Source: Cyanophora paradoxa CCMP329 (taxonomy: Eukaryota > Plantae > Glaucophyta). Taken from it: DNA of 64,000 nt. The DNA is taken from contig QPMI01000175.1 of assembly GCA_004431415.1 (NCBI GenBank), positions 68,174-132,173 of the forward strand. The letters run 5' to 3'. Made by a program: the position numbers and the translations under genes. The notes below the pieces were generated by a model. It had not been told where the DNA came from and ran no database searches. It saw only the letters and a program-made list of their open reading frames with translations. Numbering within the stretch: position 1 is the stretch's first letter; each line of letters opens with the position of its first letter. Below are positions 11,640 to 25,020 of this stretch, one piece after another.

Positions 11640-12260
11640 TGGTAGTCAGCCGAGGGTGGCGGGCGGGAGAGGAGGCTGGGAGGCTCACAGGGAAGAGGAC
11701 AGGGACGGGGGGATCATTGGCACAGGCAGAAAGCGGTCTGGTCGGAGGCCTGGAGGGGGGTGGACGTGCCAGGGACGCGGGCGGGCCGGGAGGTCGGCTG
11801 GGGGCGGGAGGCCTGGAGGGCGGCAGTGAGGTGAGGCGCGCGGGGGGCAGGGGCGTGCCGGGAGCCTCACGGGCAAAAAGACTCGATGGGGGTGCCAGCC
11901 GTTCGACTGACGAGCGCGGCGGCCTGCGCACAGACGGGCACATCGGCGGCGGGCGGGAGGGCAGGGCGCGCAGTCGAGCTCACGAGGCTGGGAACGACGG
12001 GAGGCCTGGAGGGCGCGGGAGAGGACGCCAGGCGGGCAAGGTGACGACGCTAGTGACGGCGGGAGGCCTGAAGGGCGCGAGTCAGCGGGGGGCGCGCGGG
12101 AGGCGGCCGGGGGCGGGGGCGGGCCGGGAGGCTCACGGGGAAAACGACCGGATGGAGGCGCCGGCCGGTTCGACTGACAGACGCGCCGGCCTGTGTAGAA
12201 CCGGGTAGACCGGCGGTGGGCGGGCGTGCTGACGCGGCTAGCGACGACTGGAGGGCTGGG
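11640..12260. repeat. Degenerate GC-rich minisatellite (~120-bp unit) in the 3' subterminal region of E10
   Basis: Recurring gggaggctcacgggg..aaacgac..gatggagg.gccggccg.ttcgactgac and gggaggcctggaggg motifs. The same family occurs at 23400-24730. Confidence 0.7.
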
Positions 12261-12521
12261 CGGAAACGGACAAGGAAAGCGCTGGAGAGTACTGCTGATC
12301 CGAGGTATGCAGATGCGTGTAGCTGGCCGAGCGAGCGAACGTATAGAAACACATGTAATTGGACGATATGCTACCTAGAAACGCGGACATGATCGACGGG
12401 CAGTCTGGCTGCACGTGCATGCAGGTCCCGTAGATGCACCGCGTTATTTCTTTCTGCACACAAAAATACGTCAGTGGGAGTTATGATCATAATGCATCTA
12501 GATGTGCATGATTTAACGCAC

Positions 12522-15500
12522 TCAACGCTTGCGTGCCGCCGCGGAAACGCGCTTCGGCATCGTGTCGACGAAGCGCTTGTTCTTGAACTCGACCTCCGCC
12601 TTTTCGAACTCGCGCTGGAACTGTTCGACTTGGCCCCAGTCGCCTGGCTCGCATTCCGTGGGGACTGCGTTGACGAGTCGCTGACCGTGCGGCGCGGTGC
12701 TGTCCTCGATCCAGCGCAGGTACTGGAGCTTGTGGCCCCACATTCTTGCGTGCGTTTTCGGATCGTCTTGCCGGAGCCGCGCAAATTCTGCGCTCTCGGC
12801 CTTCTGGTCCTTGATGGCGGCTTGCAGGTCGGGGTTGACGTTCTGAATCACGTGCAGCAGCTCGTACCGTTGCAGGAGCGAGGCGTTCGCGATGAAGAAG
12901 TGCGCTCCCTCGCGCGGGCGGCTGAGCATGACGTACAGCTGCTGTCGGTGTGTGTAGTCCCTGCTGTTCATGCCCCGCACGTCGGCGATGGCGCGCTTCA
13001 GGGTGTGGCCTTGAGCCTTGTAGACCGTCGTGCCGTAGGCGACGCGGAACGGCGGTCCTATCCTGACGTTGTGCGTGCCTCCTGCCCCACCAGCAATTTC
13101 ATCCTCGTGGTCTGCGCAACGTGACCGTAGTCAATCTCGAGAGGGAAGCGCATCTGCATTCACGATCGTGCTGACAAATGCAGCGGCTCACCAGCATTTC
13201 TGGGCTCGACGTTGATTTCGACGGCGTCGACGATTCGACCGTCGGGGAGCTGGCAGCGTTCCGTGATTGCACGCCGGCCGACGCGGTCGTCGTGGAAGTA
13301 GATGTAGTACGTCATGGGGGGCATGAGGTGCGGATGCGGGAGCTGCTCCACCTTCGCCTCTATGCTCTGTTTCTTCTGCCTCGTCACTGCCGCTGCGGCC
13401 CGTACAATGTTGTCCTTGCTGACCTTTGGCTTGCTCTTCTTCCGGTCCGAAGGTCCTGGCTCGGGTTCAGGTTCGGGTTCGGGTTCCGGCTCGGGCTTGG
13501 GGGCACGGTCCGCAGTGTCGAGCGCGTGCTGGACGAGATCCGGTGCAGCGTGTTCGAGCACGAGCGGCGTGTCCGGTGTGAACTCCGTCGCGTGCTGACT
13601 GATGTAGTCGGGAGTCTCCGTGTGGTCTCGCCATTTGTAACCGGCAAGCAGTCCGATGGCGCCGTTGACGAGGCCGTCGTCTGTGTCGCGGTTCTGTCTA
13701 AGCATGACCTTGATGCCCGCCGTCACCATGACCTTGTGGGGGATGCTTCCTTGTTCGTTCGTGCATGGGATCCTCTCGCCGTACGCGTCCACGCTCTCGC
13801 ACTTCTTGATGTGCTCGCGCGGATGCGTGTCCTTGGCGACGATCTTGAGGACAGGGTCGCGGTACTGCGCGTGGTGCCGTCGGATCATCGCGTCGTTGTG
13901 CTGCTCTGCGAGCTTGTTCGTGAGGAACATGTGGTACGCTTCGTCCCACGTGGGGTCTTGGTTCTTGGTGAGCGTGTTGTGGATGGCATTCTCGTTGTCG
14001 TCGCCGAGATCGTTGTTCAGGTCCAGGCAGTGGCGGAGAAGGTAGTGGTACACGTCGTCGACGTGGTCCGGATCCCCGTCTCGAAACCAGTTGAGGATTT
14101 GGCCGAGTTCTGGATCCGCCAGGTGCCGCATCGAGGACGGCAGGACGTGAGCCGTGAAGTAGCTGAGGAAAGTGTGCAGGTTCGGCGTGTGCCACTTGAC
14201 GTCATTCTGCATCGTGATGTCCTTCCGTGCCGGCAACAACGTCTCCCACAGCGACTGGGACTTGACCGGGGGGACCTGGGCCGCGTCCCCGTACGTAATG
14301 ATTGCCAAGCCTCCGAATGGGTAGCGCTGCATCACCGGCGTCCTGCCGTCGGGTCCGACCTGGTACTGCGGTAGAGGTGGCGGCGCCAACCCAGTCTCCG
14401 GGTCGCCGACGGCTTCACGTCCGCACATGGCGTCCTCCAGGGCCGTCTTGAACGAGTAGAAGATGTTCGTCCAGCAGGACATGATCTCGTCGATCTGCAG
14501 GACGTACGTTTTCTGCAGCTCGAGTCGCAGCTTGTCGATTGTGAAGCTGCTGTGCTTGATCTTGTCGCGCTTGCCGGAGAGAAACGATTGGAGGTGGAAG
14601 CGGGTGTGCATCGTGCCGCCACCCGCGTTGAAGCCCGCGGAGCCGAACGGTGCTGCTACGGTGCAACGGCCGTGAGGGAGGGCCTCCATTCCCGCATCAC
14701 CAACGTTGTACTGGTTTGCAGCGTGTTCGATGCAGCGGAGTAGGACGGTCTTTCCGCACCCCGCTCCTCCTGTGACGAAGAAGCGCGGCCCCGCAGGCAT
14801 GTACCAGTACTTGAGAATCTCCGGCACGTCTTGACCGCCCTCCGCATCGCGCCTGTATTGCATAGCCCTTGCCTTCAGCGCTTCCGCTTTGCGTCTGAGC
14901 TCGAAGTATTTCACCATCTTGTCGTAGATTTCGCGTTGCTCCGGCTTCAGGTCGTCGGGCGACAGGAGTGGAGCTCGGGATGACGGTGGAGCCGCCTGAA
15001 CGGACGGTCCGCCGGTGCCCGCTTCTGCGGAGGGTGGAATGACACCATGCGCTCGTAGGACTGCCTGTTCCGTTTCAACGGATGCAGGCTGAAACGACGG
15101 CGCTGGCAGTCCCGCTCCCAAGGCGCTCGCTGTGTTTCTGATGGTGCCGGGCTCCGCGTGTTCCGTCACGATTGCGCCCGTCGCCGTCATGTTCGGAATG
15201 TCGGTGATCCGGCCGATGATCTCTTCCATGCGCACACGGATGTTGTCACTTGCGGCTGACGCGTGGCGCGTGATTGTTGCCTTCCGTGCTTTTGTCATTG
15301 CGGCCGCAAGGATCGCGTCGGTGACCTCCGCACGAGCCGGCATGTCGAGCAGGTCCGTCCACTCGTTCCGGAAGGGGTGGTAGAAGAGTAGCGGCGCGTA
15401 CTTGGCGACTTGGCCGGAGTGGACGTTGAACGGCATCACAACTGGCATGGGTTGCCGTCGCATCCGCAGCTGTTTCTTGCCGCTGACGGTGTTGAAGCAC

Positions 15501-18500
15501 GGTGTGCACCTCTCCTCGTCCGGGATCACGAGCGGCGGCGTCTTCTGTAGCTGTCGCCGCTCTTCGTCCGACAGAGCGTCTTCACGCAGCCATCGCTGCC
15601 AGAGCGGGTCCAATACCCACGTCTTGGCCTGCCGTGCCTTCTCCTCGCGGTGCTCGCGTTCGATCTGGCGCTGAGGGTACTCCGGGGCGTCTGAGTCAGG
15701 ATGGTCGTCGTCGTCATCCTCGTCATCCTCCGGCTCGTCGCCACCGTGTTGCGAGTCGGTGTGATGCGGCTCGGTTCGTCCTGTCTCCAACGTGGCTGCT
15801 GCCAAGGGAGACATGTCGATCTTGTCGCCTGGAATCCCGTCTTTCTTGGCGACGACGGCAAACCATTGCAGAAACTTGTACAGCGGCATCACGTTCCAGA
15901 ACTGGTCGTCAGGCCTCTCCATGTACCAGTCGATGTCGTTGTTCACGAATATTTTCGTCTCGCCAGGATTGCGGTTGCGGATCGGTCGCATGAAGCCGCG
16001 CTGGTACGAACGTCTTGTCCGCTTGTCTGGAGGGATGCACGGAACGGTGCGGGCGTGAAACGACGAGTGCCAGATGGGGTAGTTGAGCATATGGAAAGCT
16101 GCCTCCGGCCGGCCGAGTTCGCGGTGGGAGAGCGACTTCCGAATCGCTTTCGCCATCGCGCTCCGTAGGCTGCCTCCCTTCTCGCCCGCCTTTGCGAGCG
16201 CAGCGTATATGCTCTCCAATGCCTGTGGTTCGACCTGCAGGCGTGAAATGAGCTTCAGTATGCTCTACATCCGGGCAGGGAAGCGTCGGTACGGCCGTAC
16301 CTTGAGTGCGTACTTGAACATGTACGCTCCCATCGCTTCGAAGTCCGCGACGAGATCGAAGAAGAGGTTGGAGTGCGCAATGCGGGACAGCCACTCGTTG
16401 AACAGCGCCACAAACAAGTCTTCTACTGTGCGTCGCATCGGCACCAGTAGCCTGTCGCCGCGTTGCGCGTTCTTGAGCTCTGGCGTCGACCTGTGCGTTT
16501 GTATTCGTCAGGAATTGTTGCGGGGGCACGTCATCGCAGAACTTGAGCACGCACATGAGTCTCGCGTATCGGGATGCGCGGCCTGGCAGTCCGAAGCGGC
16601 ACCACTTCCTCGCCCTCCACCAGGCGTTGTTCAGCTTCTTGACGAGGTCGGCAAGTTCCTGGGCGTCCTTGTCGGAAGCGCCGTGGATGGGCTGGCATCC
16701 TTCGAGCAACGGGTTCGTGTACTCCTGAGTCGGCTTGAACTGCGCTGCAGCGGCGAAGAGCTCTTCGTGACGCTTGCGCGTGGAAGATGAATAGTGCTGT
16801 GCCTGCTTGGCCTTCGTCATGCGGCACGTGCCGCTGTGTCGGTGAATGTTGAACGTGAGGATGACCTTCCGGAGAAACGCGGTCGCCCAATCATGACGAA
16901 GGGCATCGGGCACGTGAAGGTTGTCCTCGACGGCTGGGTCGTCGGGCTTCGGAGGTCGAGGGATCTCCGCCTTGACGATGCTGTCAAAGAATTCGAGGTA
17001 CTCTTTCATGTGCTGCTTCTCGCACGTGTCGTACATAGGCATGCCTTCGCACCAGCCGATGAGGTGCCCATGCAACGTCCGCCGCTGCTGCTCGCCGTGA
17101 CGGATGAAATGACCTGTCATCTTGTAACCGCCGAACATCGCCCTCGCGCCTTCGGAGTACATCAGCTTGATCAACGCGTTCCAGCGCCGCTGATAGTGAC
17201 GGACAACGATTCCGGACTCCGAGTTCAGGATCGCGTCCTTCTCGTTTGCGCTTAGCGCATCGATTGCGGCCTGGTTGTGGAACCTCTCGCGGTCGATGGC
17301 TCTGTACAGACTCGCGTCACCGTGATCGTTGAAGCTCATAGTGTACCATATCTGCGGCGGGCCGTACGTCTGTGCGGCAGCAATGAGCTGGCCGTGACCG
17401 GTCTCGAGATGCTGGTGCGATCCCGGCACCTGGAGATGGGCGCGTTACGAAATAATGTGCAAATTGTTGTCAAGGGTGTGCTGCGGCTTACCGCATTCAG
17501 CGTCGCGCGGACGAGGTGGCGCTTAACAAAGTCTACGGTAACGCTGGGGTCATCGACGGCGGTGGTGAGGTGGTCCATGACGTGCGCGGCCGTCACCGGG
17601 TGACCGGCCGCCTCCAACTTGTCGAGCTCGAGACTCTGAATTGCACAGTTGCTCTTCTGGTAAGCCTTGAGGTTGAGATAATCCGTCGCCTGGACGAAGA
17701 AGAATCCGATGTCGGCGACAAGGGCGCGTGCCTTGTCGGACAGCAGGAACCACTTGTTGTACTTGCTGATCGACAGCGGTACTTTGCGTTGATCGAGAGG
17801 GTCTGCAGGGTCGCCTATCCGTCCGTGCCGGCCTGCGTTCAGAAAGGGTCAATGTCCGTCTGCACGAAATCACAAATCGACGACGGTGCCGGTGCACGGT
17901 GCTCACCGTCTGGAAACGCAAATGGAAATGGGGCCGTGCAGTACTCTGCACCCTTGCTGAAATTTAAGTGGACGCGATCGAGGATCGGCAACGTGCGAGT
18001 ACGCTCGGCAACATCTTCGCCGAACGCTGTGGCAACGTCGACGAGCCTGTGGTGATACTCGGACTGCACGACTGCGGGCGTTGCCGGCTGTTGAGGCATG
18101 TCGAATCCGGTGGGGTCGCTGTACACTGCGGCCTCTGTATCGACGTCGTGCGCCGTAGCACGTGCAAGCTGCACGAACTCGTCGACGTCCTTGTTGTTGA
18201 TCTGCGCGAGCTTGTCGAGGTCCACGAGATCGGGAGGGGCGCGTCTGGGCGCGTCCTCGGCTTCGTCCTCGGATCCGGTTTCGCGTGTCGACCTTGCTGT
18301 TGACGCGTCACGTGTCGGCCCGACCTCCGGCTCTGCTGTTGGCAGAGGAGGACGTGCTGTCATTGCGAGCTTCAACGACGACTCCATGAACTGCTTCAAC
18401 ACGGGATCTCCTACGTCGGTCAACAGCCGACGGGCTCCGGAGCTGGCGATTTCGTATCCAACGTCGTCGTGGACTTCGGGTTCTTCCGAAGCTTCCGCCT

Positions 18501-20690
18501 CCTCGTCGCTGCAGCTGGTTGCTGACTCGGTTCCCGTCGCTGCGTGCGGAACTGCTGTCAGGTCCACCGACTCGCCGGTTCCGGGAACGTGAGGCTGGCG
18601 TCCACGTTTGCGGGCGACTCGCGGCGGTGCGGGCGTGCGGTCGCGCTGCTCTTCGTCAGACAGCTCCCCTTTCCAGTTCGCTGCGTCGGCAGTGGCCTTC
18701 TCCCAGTAGGCGTCGTCGAGCTTGTCGAATCCGCATTTCTGGTACCACTTGTTCCCGGCCGCGACGAGCAGCTTCATGACGCTTCTCACCTTCGAAGTGC
18801 TGAACTGCCAGAAGTTGGTGAACTTGCGGTCGTGTCCGGGCACCGTTGGCTTCTCCATGTTCACGTACATCATCGCGTCTCCCGGGGCGAGAGGCTTCAT
18901 CGATTCGACGAGCTCGGCGGGCTGCGAGTAAACCATGGTGACCTTCGGGTGCGCGGCCTGCTGCCGACCGATGCGCGTCGTTGCGATGTTGACGAACGAC
19001 ACGGCCGGACTGCATACGACAGCCTCTGGAAACGTGAGGCCTGCTGCCTCCCTGGCGAGGTCTTCCGACGGCGGTGTCGGGTGGATGCCGTTCTGTGCGG
19101 GGATGGTCAATGACCATACTGGAGAGCGGTAGAGACACACTCGGACCTCTTTCGAAAGCCCGCAGATATCGACACCTTGCTCTGCGCGGTGTCTGTGGCA
19201 CATTGCGCAGAGCAACGGTTTCCGCGGTTTCGACGTTCCGGTTTCCAGCTTGTGCATGTAATCCTCTGTCTCCTGAATGCGCCGTATCGCGGCGTCGTCG
19301 ATCCCGTGGGGCTTCAATATGTTGAGGTGCGCCTCGGGGTAGAGATCGTCGATGTAGTCCCGGACGCCGCAGCAATCGCATGGCACCATCGGCTGGTACA
19401 GAGCTGCAGAGAGCATTAATGGCGAAATGGACATAATCGAATTGAAATTAACGTACTGTACAGCATGTCGATGATAGCGTCCTTCAGCGCGTCAAGAAAT
19501 TGAGGAAATTTGGAACGCTTCTTTGCCACCGCTTCGACTATGTCTCGGAGGAGTTCGTTCGGGTGCTCGTAGTCGCTGATCCACGTCTTCACGCATTTGT
19601 GCTTGAACGCTAGTGTACGGTCCTTTTTGGCGAAACGGATGGCGGCTCGCCTGTCCCGGGCAGCGTCACTGTGTACTGGCTTGTCAATTTTTTCGCGCTG
19701 GGATTGACGTGCTCGACGGTTGTACTCTTGTGAACGTTGGTCATCTGTACGCTGTGCACGCGTGTGTGCGAATGCGTCTGCATGCCCTGACTCGTCAAGT
19801 GCATGCCGAGACGCGTACGTCCTTGCAGGGAAATGTTCCCGTCGTACAGCGGTGTGCTCGTAACAATTACACGGGTCAGTGTCTGCTATTGGCCGCAGGT
19901 CCGTTCCTCCATGCAGAAACGCGGGGTGTGGAGGGATAAAAACTGGAATGGTCCCGAGCCATTTGTGATCGGCCGGAAGAGGACGTGCAGGGCGTCCGGG
20001 AGGGACAGCTTGAATTGTAGCTGGAGAGAAACGAGCAGCATCTGTGAATTTCTCGTGCAGAGGAAGCGCTTCACGCCCGGAAGCATGTATTATGCACATC
20101 GACAAATCGTGAAGTGTAGCACGCACGGTTCGATCTCGAATCTGAAATTGTGAACCGACATGTGGCCAGTTCCGTTGGATGATAACTGCTGCAGCGGGGA
20201 CTTGCACGGCAGGCTGGCCAGATGGATATTCTTTGCGCGGCGGTAGCAAGTCGGACGGGAGATCCCATGGAATCGACGTGTGCAATGCTGATGTTGCTGT
20301 GAGCGTTGGCTTACACATGTGCACGTGTACGTCGACGACTGTGAACGTCTTTAACGCTGTCCGTCGAACGTGCCAGACTGCCGCAAAAGGCGCTCCATGG
20401 ACGACAGCAAGAGCCATGACAGTTGTACCTCCTGCTAGTCCGGGTAGTGTTGCACGGTGTGAGTACTTCAGTTGAGACGGTATATCGAGAAGGCTGAGAG
20501 TCTCAGTTATTGTCTGAGCCGATATCGCAGATGGAAGTGCGTGACGGAGTTTCTGGACGGGAATCGGCGTCAACGTGCCTGATTTTCGGTCAGTACTGCA
20601 ATACGACGTGTAACGAGGCATGAGAGAAATGACCTGGTTGCGATGACGACGATTCAATTGCATGGTGAAAACACAGCATGTCGGACGCAA
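12522..20690 (-). CDS. RepHel transposase (Cys/Zn-rich N-terminus, HUH Y2 Rep domain, PIF1/SF1B helicase). Inferred exons 20690-19457, 19403-17907, 17832-17492, 17429-16555, 16490-16301, 16234-13192, 13111-12522
   Basis: Rep motifs: FPFAFPDG, GPPQIWYTMSFND, GEQQRRTLHGHLIGW (HUH), HRHSGTC, CRFGLP, AYMFKYALK. Helicase motifs: TGGAGCGKT, IDEIMS, GDAAQVPPV, TVYKAQG, YVMLSR. Six GT-AG introns of 53-80 nt join the ORFs in frame (7770 nt). The true start is uncertain. Confidence 0.92.
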
Positions 20691-21404
20691 TGTAATATCC
20701 GTTTTTTAACGGAGCTAGGACGAGCGATTGCGTAAACAGTCGTGCTGTTGCAGCCGTTTGTCCGAACCAGCCCGTGACTGTTACGTGCATACTGTGTGCG
20801 TGTCCCTCATGGGCTGTAACCACTGCAACACGTGCCCATGCACGATCGAACCGTAATCGAGCGATGCGTTTCTCGATTGCCTGTAGGCCATTACGGTCGG
20901 CATGCCGAACACATGAATTATATCAAGAAAGGATGACCTGGATTCCAACAGCGTAGGAGCTCTTGTGCGATCTCTCATCATTGATCCACATGTGCACACT
21001 GCTGTCTCGATAACATCTGTATAATTGATGCGGTTGAGAGAGCAGGAGTTGATAGTACTGCTTCACGCATGCTGATGCTGTGGTATCAATTGCTTTGTGT
21101 GTCGCGAGTGGAGATCTCGAGAAATGCGAGATGGGGCTTGTTTCCGCATGCTCGCAATTTGTTGGAATTTCCAGTGCCATTTCAACATTGAGATCATTTC
21201 CGCAGAGATCGGCTGCAGTCGAATTCCATTTCCATTCGCGGCACACAGCATTGCCGACGATCCCTGGCGACGTATCATCATGCTTCTGTGTTGAATGTGA
21301 GAATGCATTAATGTCTAGGCGTATACGAGGTCCGGCGCACCGGCTCGCGCGGTGCTCGCGTTTGTGCCGCTTGACTGAAAGGTCCAACTACCATGCTCTC
21401 GGAA

Positions 21405-23310
21405 TCACTTGCATGTTCGCGGTTGACTGCGAAGTTTTAGAATCTTCTTGGAAAGTGTTTTACGGGTTGTGCACATTGTTTCTTTTGCCTGCTGCGTTGC
21501 ATAGTTGCAGCATGTGAGGTCGTATCTTGACGACGCAGTGAGATTGGATTTGACGTTGTAGCTCGTTGACGTTCTAAAACTATGCGAGAATGTCATTTGA
21601 TGACACACAATAACATTATAATTATGACTCGGAGCACCTGACAGGATTTCAGTTGGTTCAACGGGGTTTGAATCAGTTGTAGGTATGACACTTTCTGTAT
21701 GAGTGCGTTGACGTGGTGGTGACAGTGTTCGCGGACGACGTCTGCGATTTCCAGATGGCGTTTCTTCAAGAGATTCTGAATCTGATGAAGATTCTCCTGT
21801 AGAACTCTTCGAAGCATGTTCATGTGCCAATTCTTCTCGCATGGATTGAGGTGCGTGGCGGACAGTGTTACGTCGTTGTGCTGGTGGGTTCGAATCAGGG
21901 TTTGTTTCAAGACGTAAATTTATGTTGAAGTAGGCGCACTTGTATTTGTGGGATTAAGGACCATGTACACCATCAGCGATACAAATAGTATCGCGACGGC
22001 TGCTGGCAACGACCAGTGCAGCGATGCACGCTGGATATGCTCCACGTAAGGCGCATCGGTCGGTAGAGGCATTGCGAGAGTCCCATGATTGCCTGACAAA
22101 GTGAGTGTGATCCAGATGCCAGTAACCGATGGGCTGAATAAGAAGGCTGTTATGTACGCCACTGCGGTGCGCCACGATGGGGCGATTTTCAGAATTTTGT
22201 GAATTCACATCATGTGAAAAACGAAATCGTCACCCGTCGATATTTGAGCCCGAACACGTTGGACCCACGTATAGTAATATTCACGCCTCCGCGCGTTGTT
22301 AATTAATCTTCGCAGAGCTGGAAAAATGCGCATATTAATATTGGGTGTGTGATCGACGTGCCGGTTGTGTATACGCACCGGAGTAACCCCTTCTGTTTTT
22401 CGTGCGTGTCACAGCATACATATCCAATATCAGTGTCAATGCCAGTCCTAGATCTGTGTCGTTGGCAACGGAGAGCGTTCCTTTGTCGGACAAAGCAAAA
22501 GGAGAATTGCACTTGATACCCAATTTTGCGTTTTGCATGTATAGCATCACAGTAATTGCTGAAGCGATTGTCAATGCATTATATGGGCGCCACAGTGATA
22601 AAAGAAGATTTTCTTACTCGATATGAACATGATCACGCTTGTCGACAACGACGCATTCAGAGTAGTTAGGCAGTTCAGAAATACTGTGAGTGACGACGTG
22701 CACAACGGAATCACAGGTAATTCGGCATTGTCAGGAAGAGTCACATCACAGTCATGACGACAATCGTTATTGTCAAGGGGACATTCACGACATTTGCGTT
22801 TTTGTCCTGTAAACCAACAGAACATTCCTGCTCGAAATATGTTAGTATGTACGTTGCGTCGTTTACCATATGCAATGGGATTTACCAAGCAGTGCCAGTA
22901 ATGCGGTAATAAAATCGGCAATGCACAGAATGTGTACAGTCACAGTTGAGAGTAGTTCCGTCTCTCTCATTTCGGTTCTGGATCTTTCGAAGTCGGCACT
23001 GATGGTTCCGTGAGAGCGTGCCGGCACGACTGTCGACCCCCGCGCCTGGAGGGAGAGCAAGTTGGCAGATCTAGACATGGCTATATCTAAGACGGTATCT
23101 GCTCGTCGATCTCAGCAATGTGGGAAGCGATTTCAAATCTTGCTTACGTCCATGGTCGATGACAATTGTGGAACACAACGACAGTGCTCGGAACTGTTGT
23201 GCAACCATTAAGATGATGCATTTAAGTATGAACCGTTGACGTGTGCGTTTACGTCGGGATTTGAAGTGCTGCACTGCTGCGTAGACTCCTGGTTTGTTAA
23301 GAATTCGCAT
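21405..23310 (-). other. Lower-GC segment with a chain of short minus-strand ORFs; possible upstream RepHel exons or a second gene
   Basis: Consecutive or overlapping minus ORFs: 23310-23071, 23078-22863, 22921-22571, 22574-22335, 22162-21920, 21842-21405. No recognisable domain. Confidence 0.3.
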
Positions 23311-23399
23311 TTTTTAAAGAGGCGCTCTGCGCATGCACAGTGACTATTAGCCTGCGGACTCCGCGCGTGTACGGAAACGGACAATCTCAGGAGTCGAGA

Positions 23400-24730
23400 G
23401 TAACGGAAACTCACCGACGGGGCGGGACGACGACTCGATGCAGGCGCCGGCCGGTTCGACTGACGGGCGCGCCGGTCTGCGCAACGACGGCGAGATCAGC
23501 GGGGGGCGGGAGGGGTGGGCGGGCGGACCAGCTGACGAGACTACGGACAACAGAAGGCCTGGAGGGCGCCAGTCAGTTGGGGGCCTCTCGCGCGGGAAAA
23601 TGGGGCCTAACGTCCGGCCCGTCTGAAGCCTAGATGGGGCGATTTCCGACGTCGGCCGATGCCCCCCACATATTCAGCCCACCCCCCTTCCCAACATTCA
23701 TAGTTACCGTGTCCGTCTTGCCTGAGATGCTCCCGGAAGCCACAACGTTGCCGGTCACGTTGAGATCACCGCCGACGCTCGTGTTGCCGGCTGCCGTCAC
23801 TGTGAGGGCCGCCGGGGTCGGCGACAGGATGGCCGACTTGGGCGCGGCCCCACGTGCCCGATGGGAACCGTTGCGGGGGTCCGGACCGTGCAGCGAGAGA
23901 ACACGTCCAGCGAGCCTGTTGTGTTCGAGTGCGCCTCGCCCACCATCGTATCCGTAGCGGGGGGGCAGGGCGCGCGGGCGAGCTCACGAGGGTAGGAACG
24001 ACGGGAGGCCTGGAGGGTGCAAGTGAGCCGAGGGCACGGGGGCCGGGGGTAAGCAGGGATCGGATGCTCACGGGGAAAACGAATCGATGGAGGTGCCGGC
24101 CGCTTCGACTGACGAGCACGACGACCTGCACGCAGATGGGGAGATCAGCGGGGGGCGGGAGGGGAGGGCGCGCGGGCGAGCTGACGAGACTACGGACGAC
24201 GGCAGGCCTGCCAGGCTGGAGGGTGCCAGTCAGCCGAGGTCGCGGGGGCCGGAAGCGGGCCGGGAGGCTCACGAGCACGACGACCCGAAGGAGGCGCCAA
24301 CCGGTTCGAGCTGACGAGGCTAGGGACGACGAGACGGCCTGCACAGAGAGCACGACGACTTGATGTAAGTGCCGGCCGCTTCGACTGACGAGCGCAGCTC
24401 AGGGGCCGGGAGGGGAGGGCGCGCAGGCGAGCTAGGGTGCCGGGCATGAAGGAGGATTGCGCGGCTCACGGGGACGACGACTCGATGCAGGTGCCGGCCC
24501 GTTGGACTGACGAGCGTGCCGGCCTGCGGAGAGATTGGGAGGCCTGCGCAGAGATTGGAAGATCAGTTCGGACTGGGAGGCCAGCGCGCGGTGCGGAGCT
24601 GACGGCAGCTGGCTGCTGTGTCGGCGAGCAAACGATGATAGAAAGCACGAATGATCTGGACGCGCTCGTCAGCCCAGAGCGCCGGCCGGAAAGCTCACGG
24701 GGAGGTGTACTTGATGCAGGTGCTAGCCGT
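23400..24730. repeat. GC-rich minisatellite (same family as 11640-12260), interrupted at ~23590-23957; duplicated at ~28500-29830
   Basis: Repeated gacgactcgatgcagg.gccggcc.gttcgactgacg and gagatcagcggggggcgggagggg motifs. Confidence 0.75.
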
Positions 24731-25020
24731 TTCGACTGCAAAGCACGGGTGCCTGCGCAGAGACATGCGTTAACTTTCGTATCTTCCGCGTGTTGTACTA
24801 GCATATACTTCCTAGCTATAGCTACTTAACAGCCATTAGTCTCGCTTGTGCAAAGTATACGTAAATGACACGCGCACGCATACGTATACGTACGTATATG
24901 CTGACACGCGCTGACATGTTGACACAGATGTGCTTCCTTAGAGGCGGTACTTGCAATTGTTTACAGAATGATGTGCGTGCGTTAACGTCGACATGCCATG
25001 CTGCATACTTAGTTGGCACG

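Noticed and set aside
11455-12459. Helentron-type AP endonuclease or an extra gene after the helicase
   Set aside because: The region is a GC minisatellite with no endonuclease motifs.
13178-14374. 398-aa plus-strand ORF and similar ORFs overlapping RepHel
   Set aside because: Antisense shadows of a GC3-rich coding sequence.
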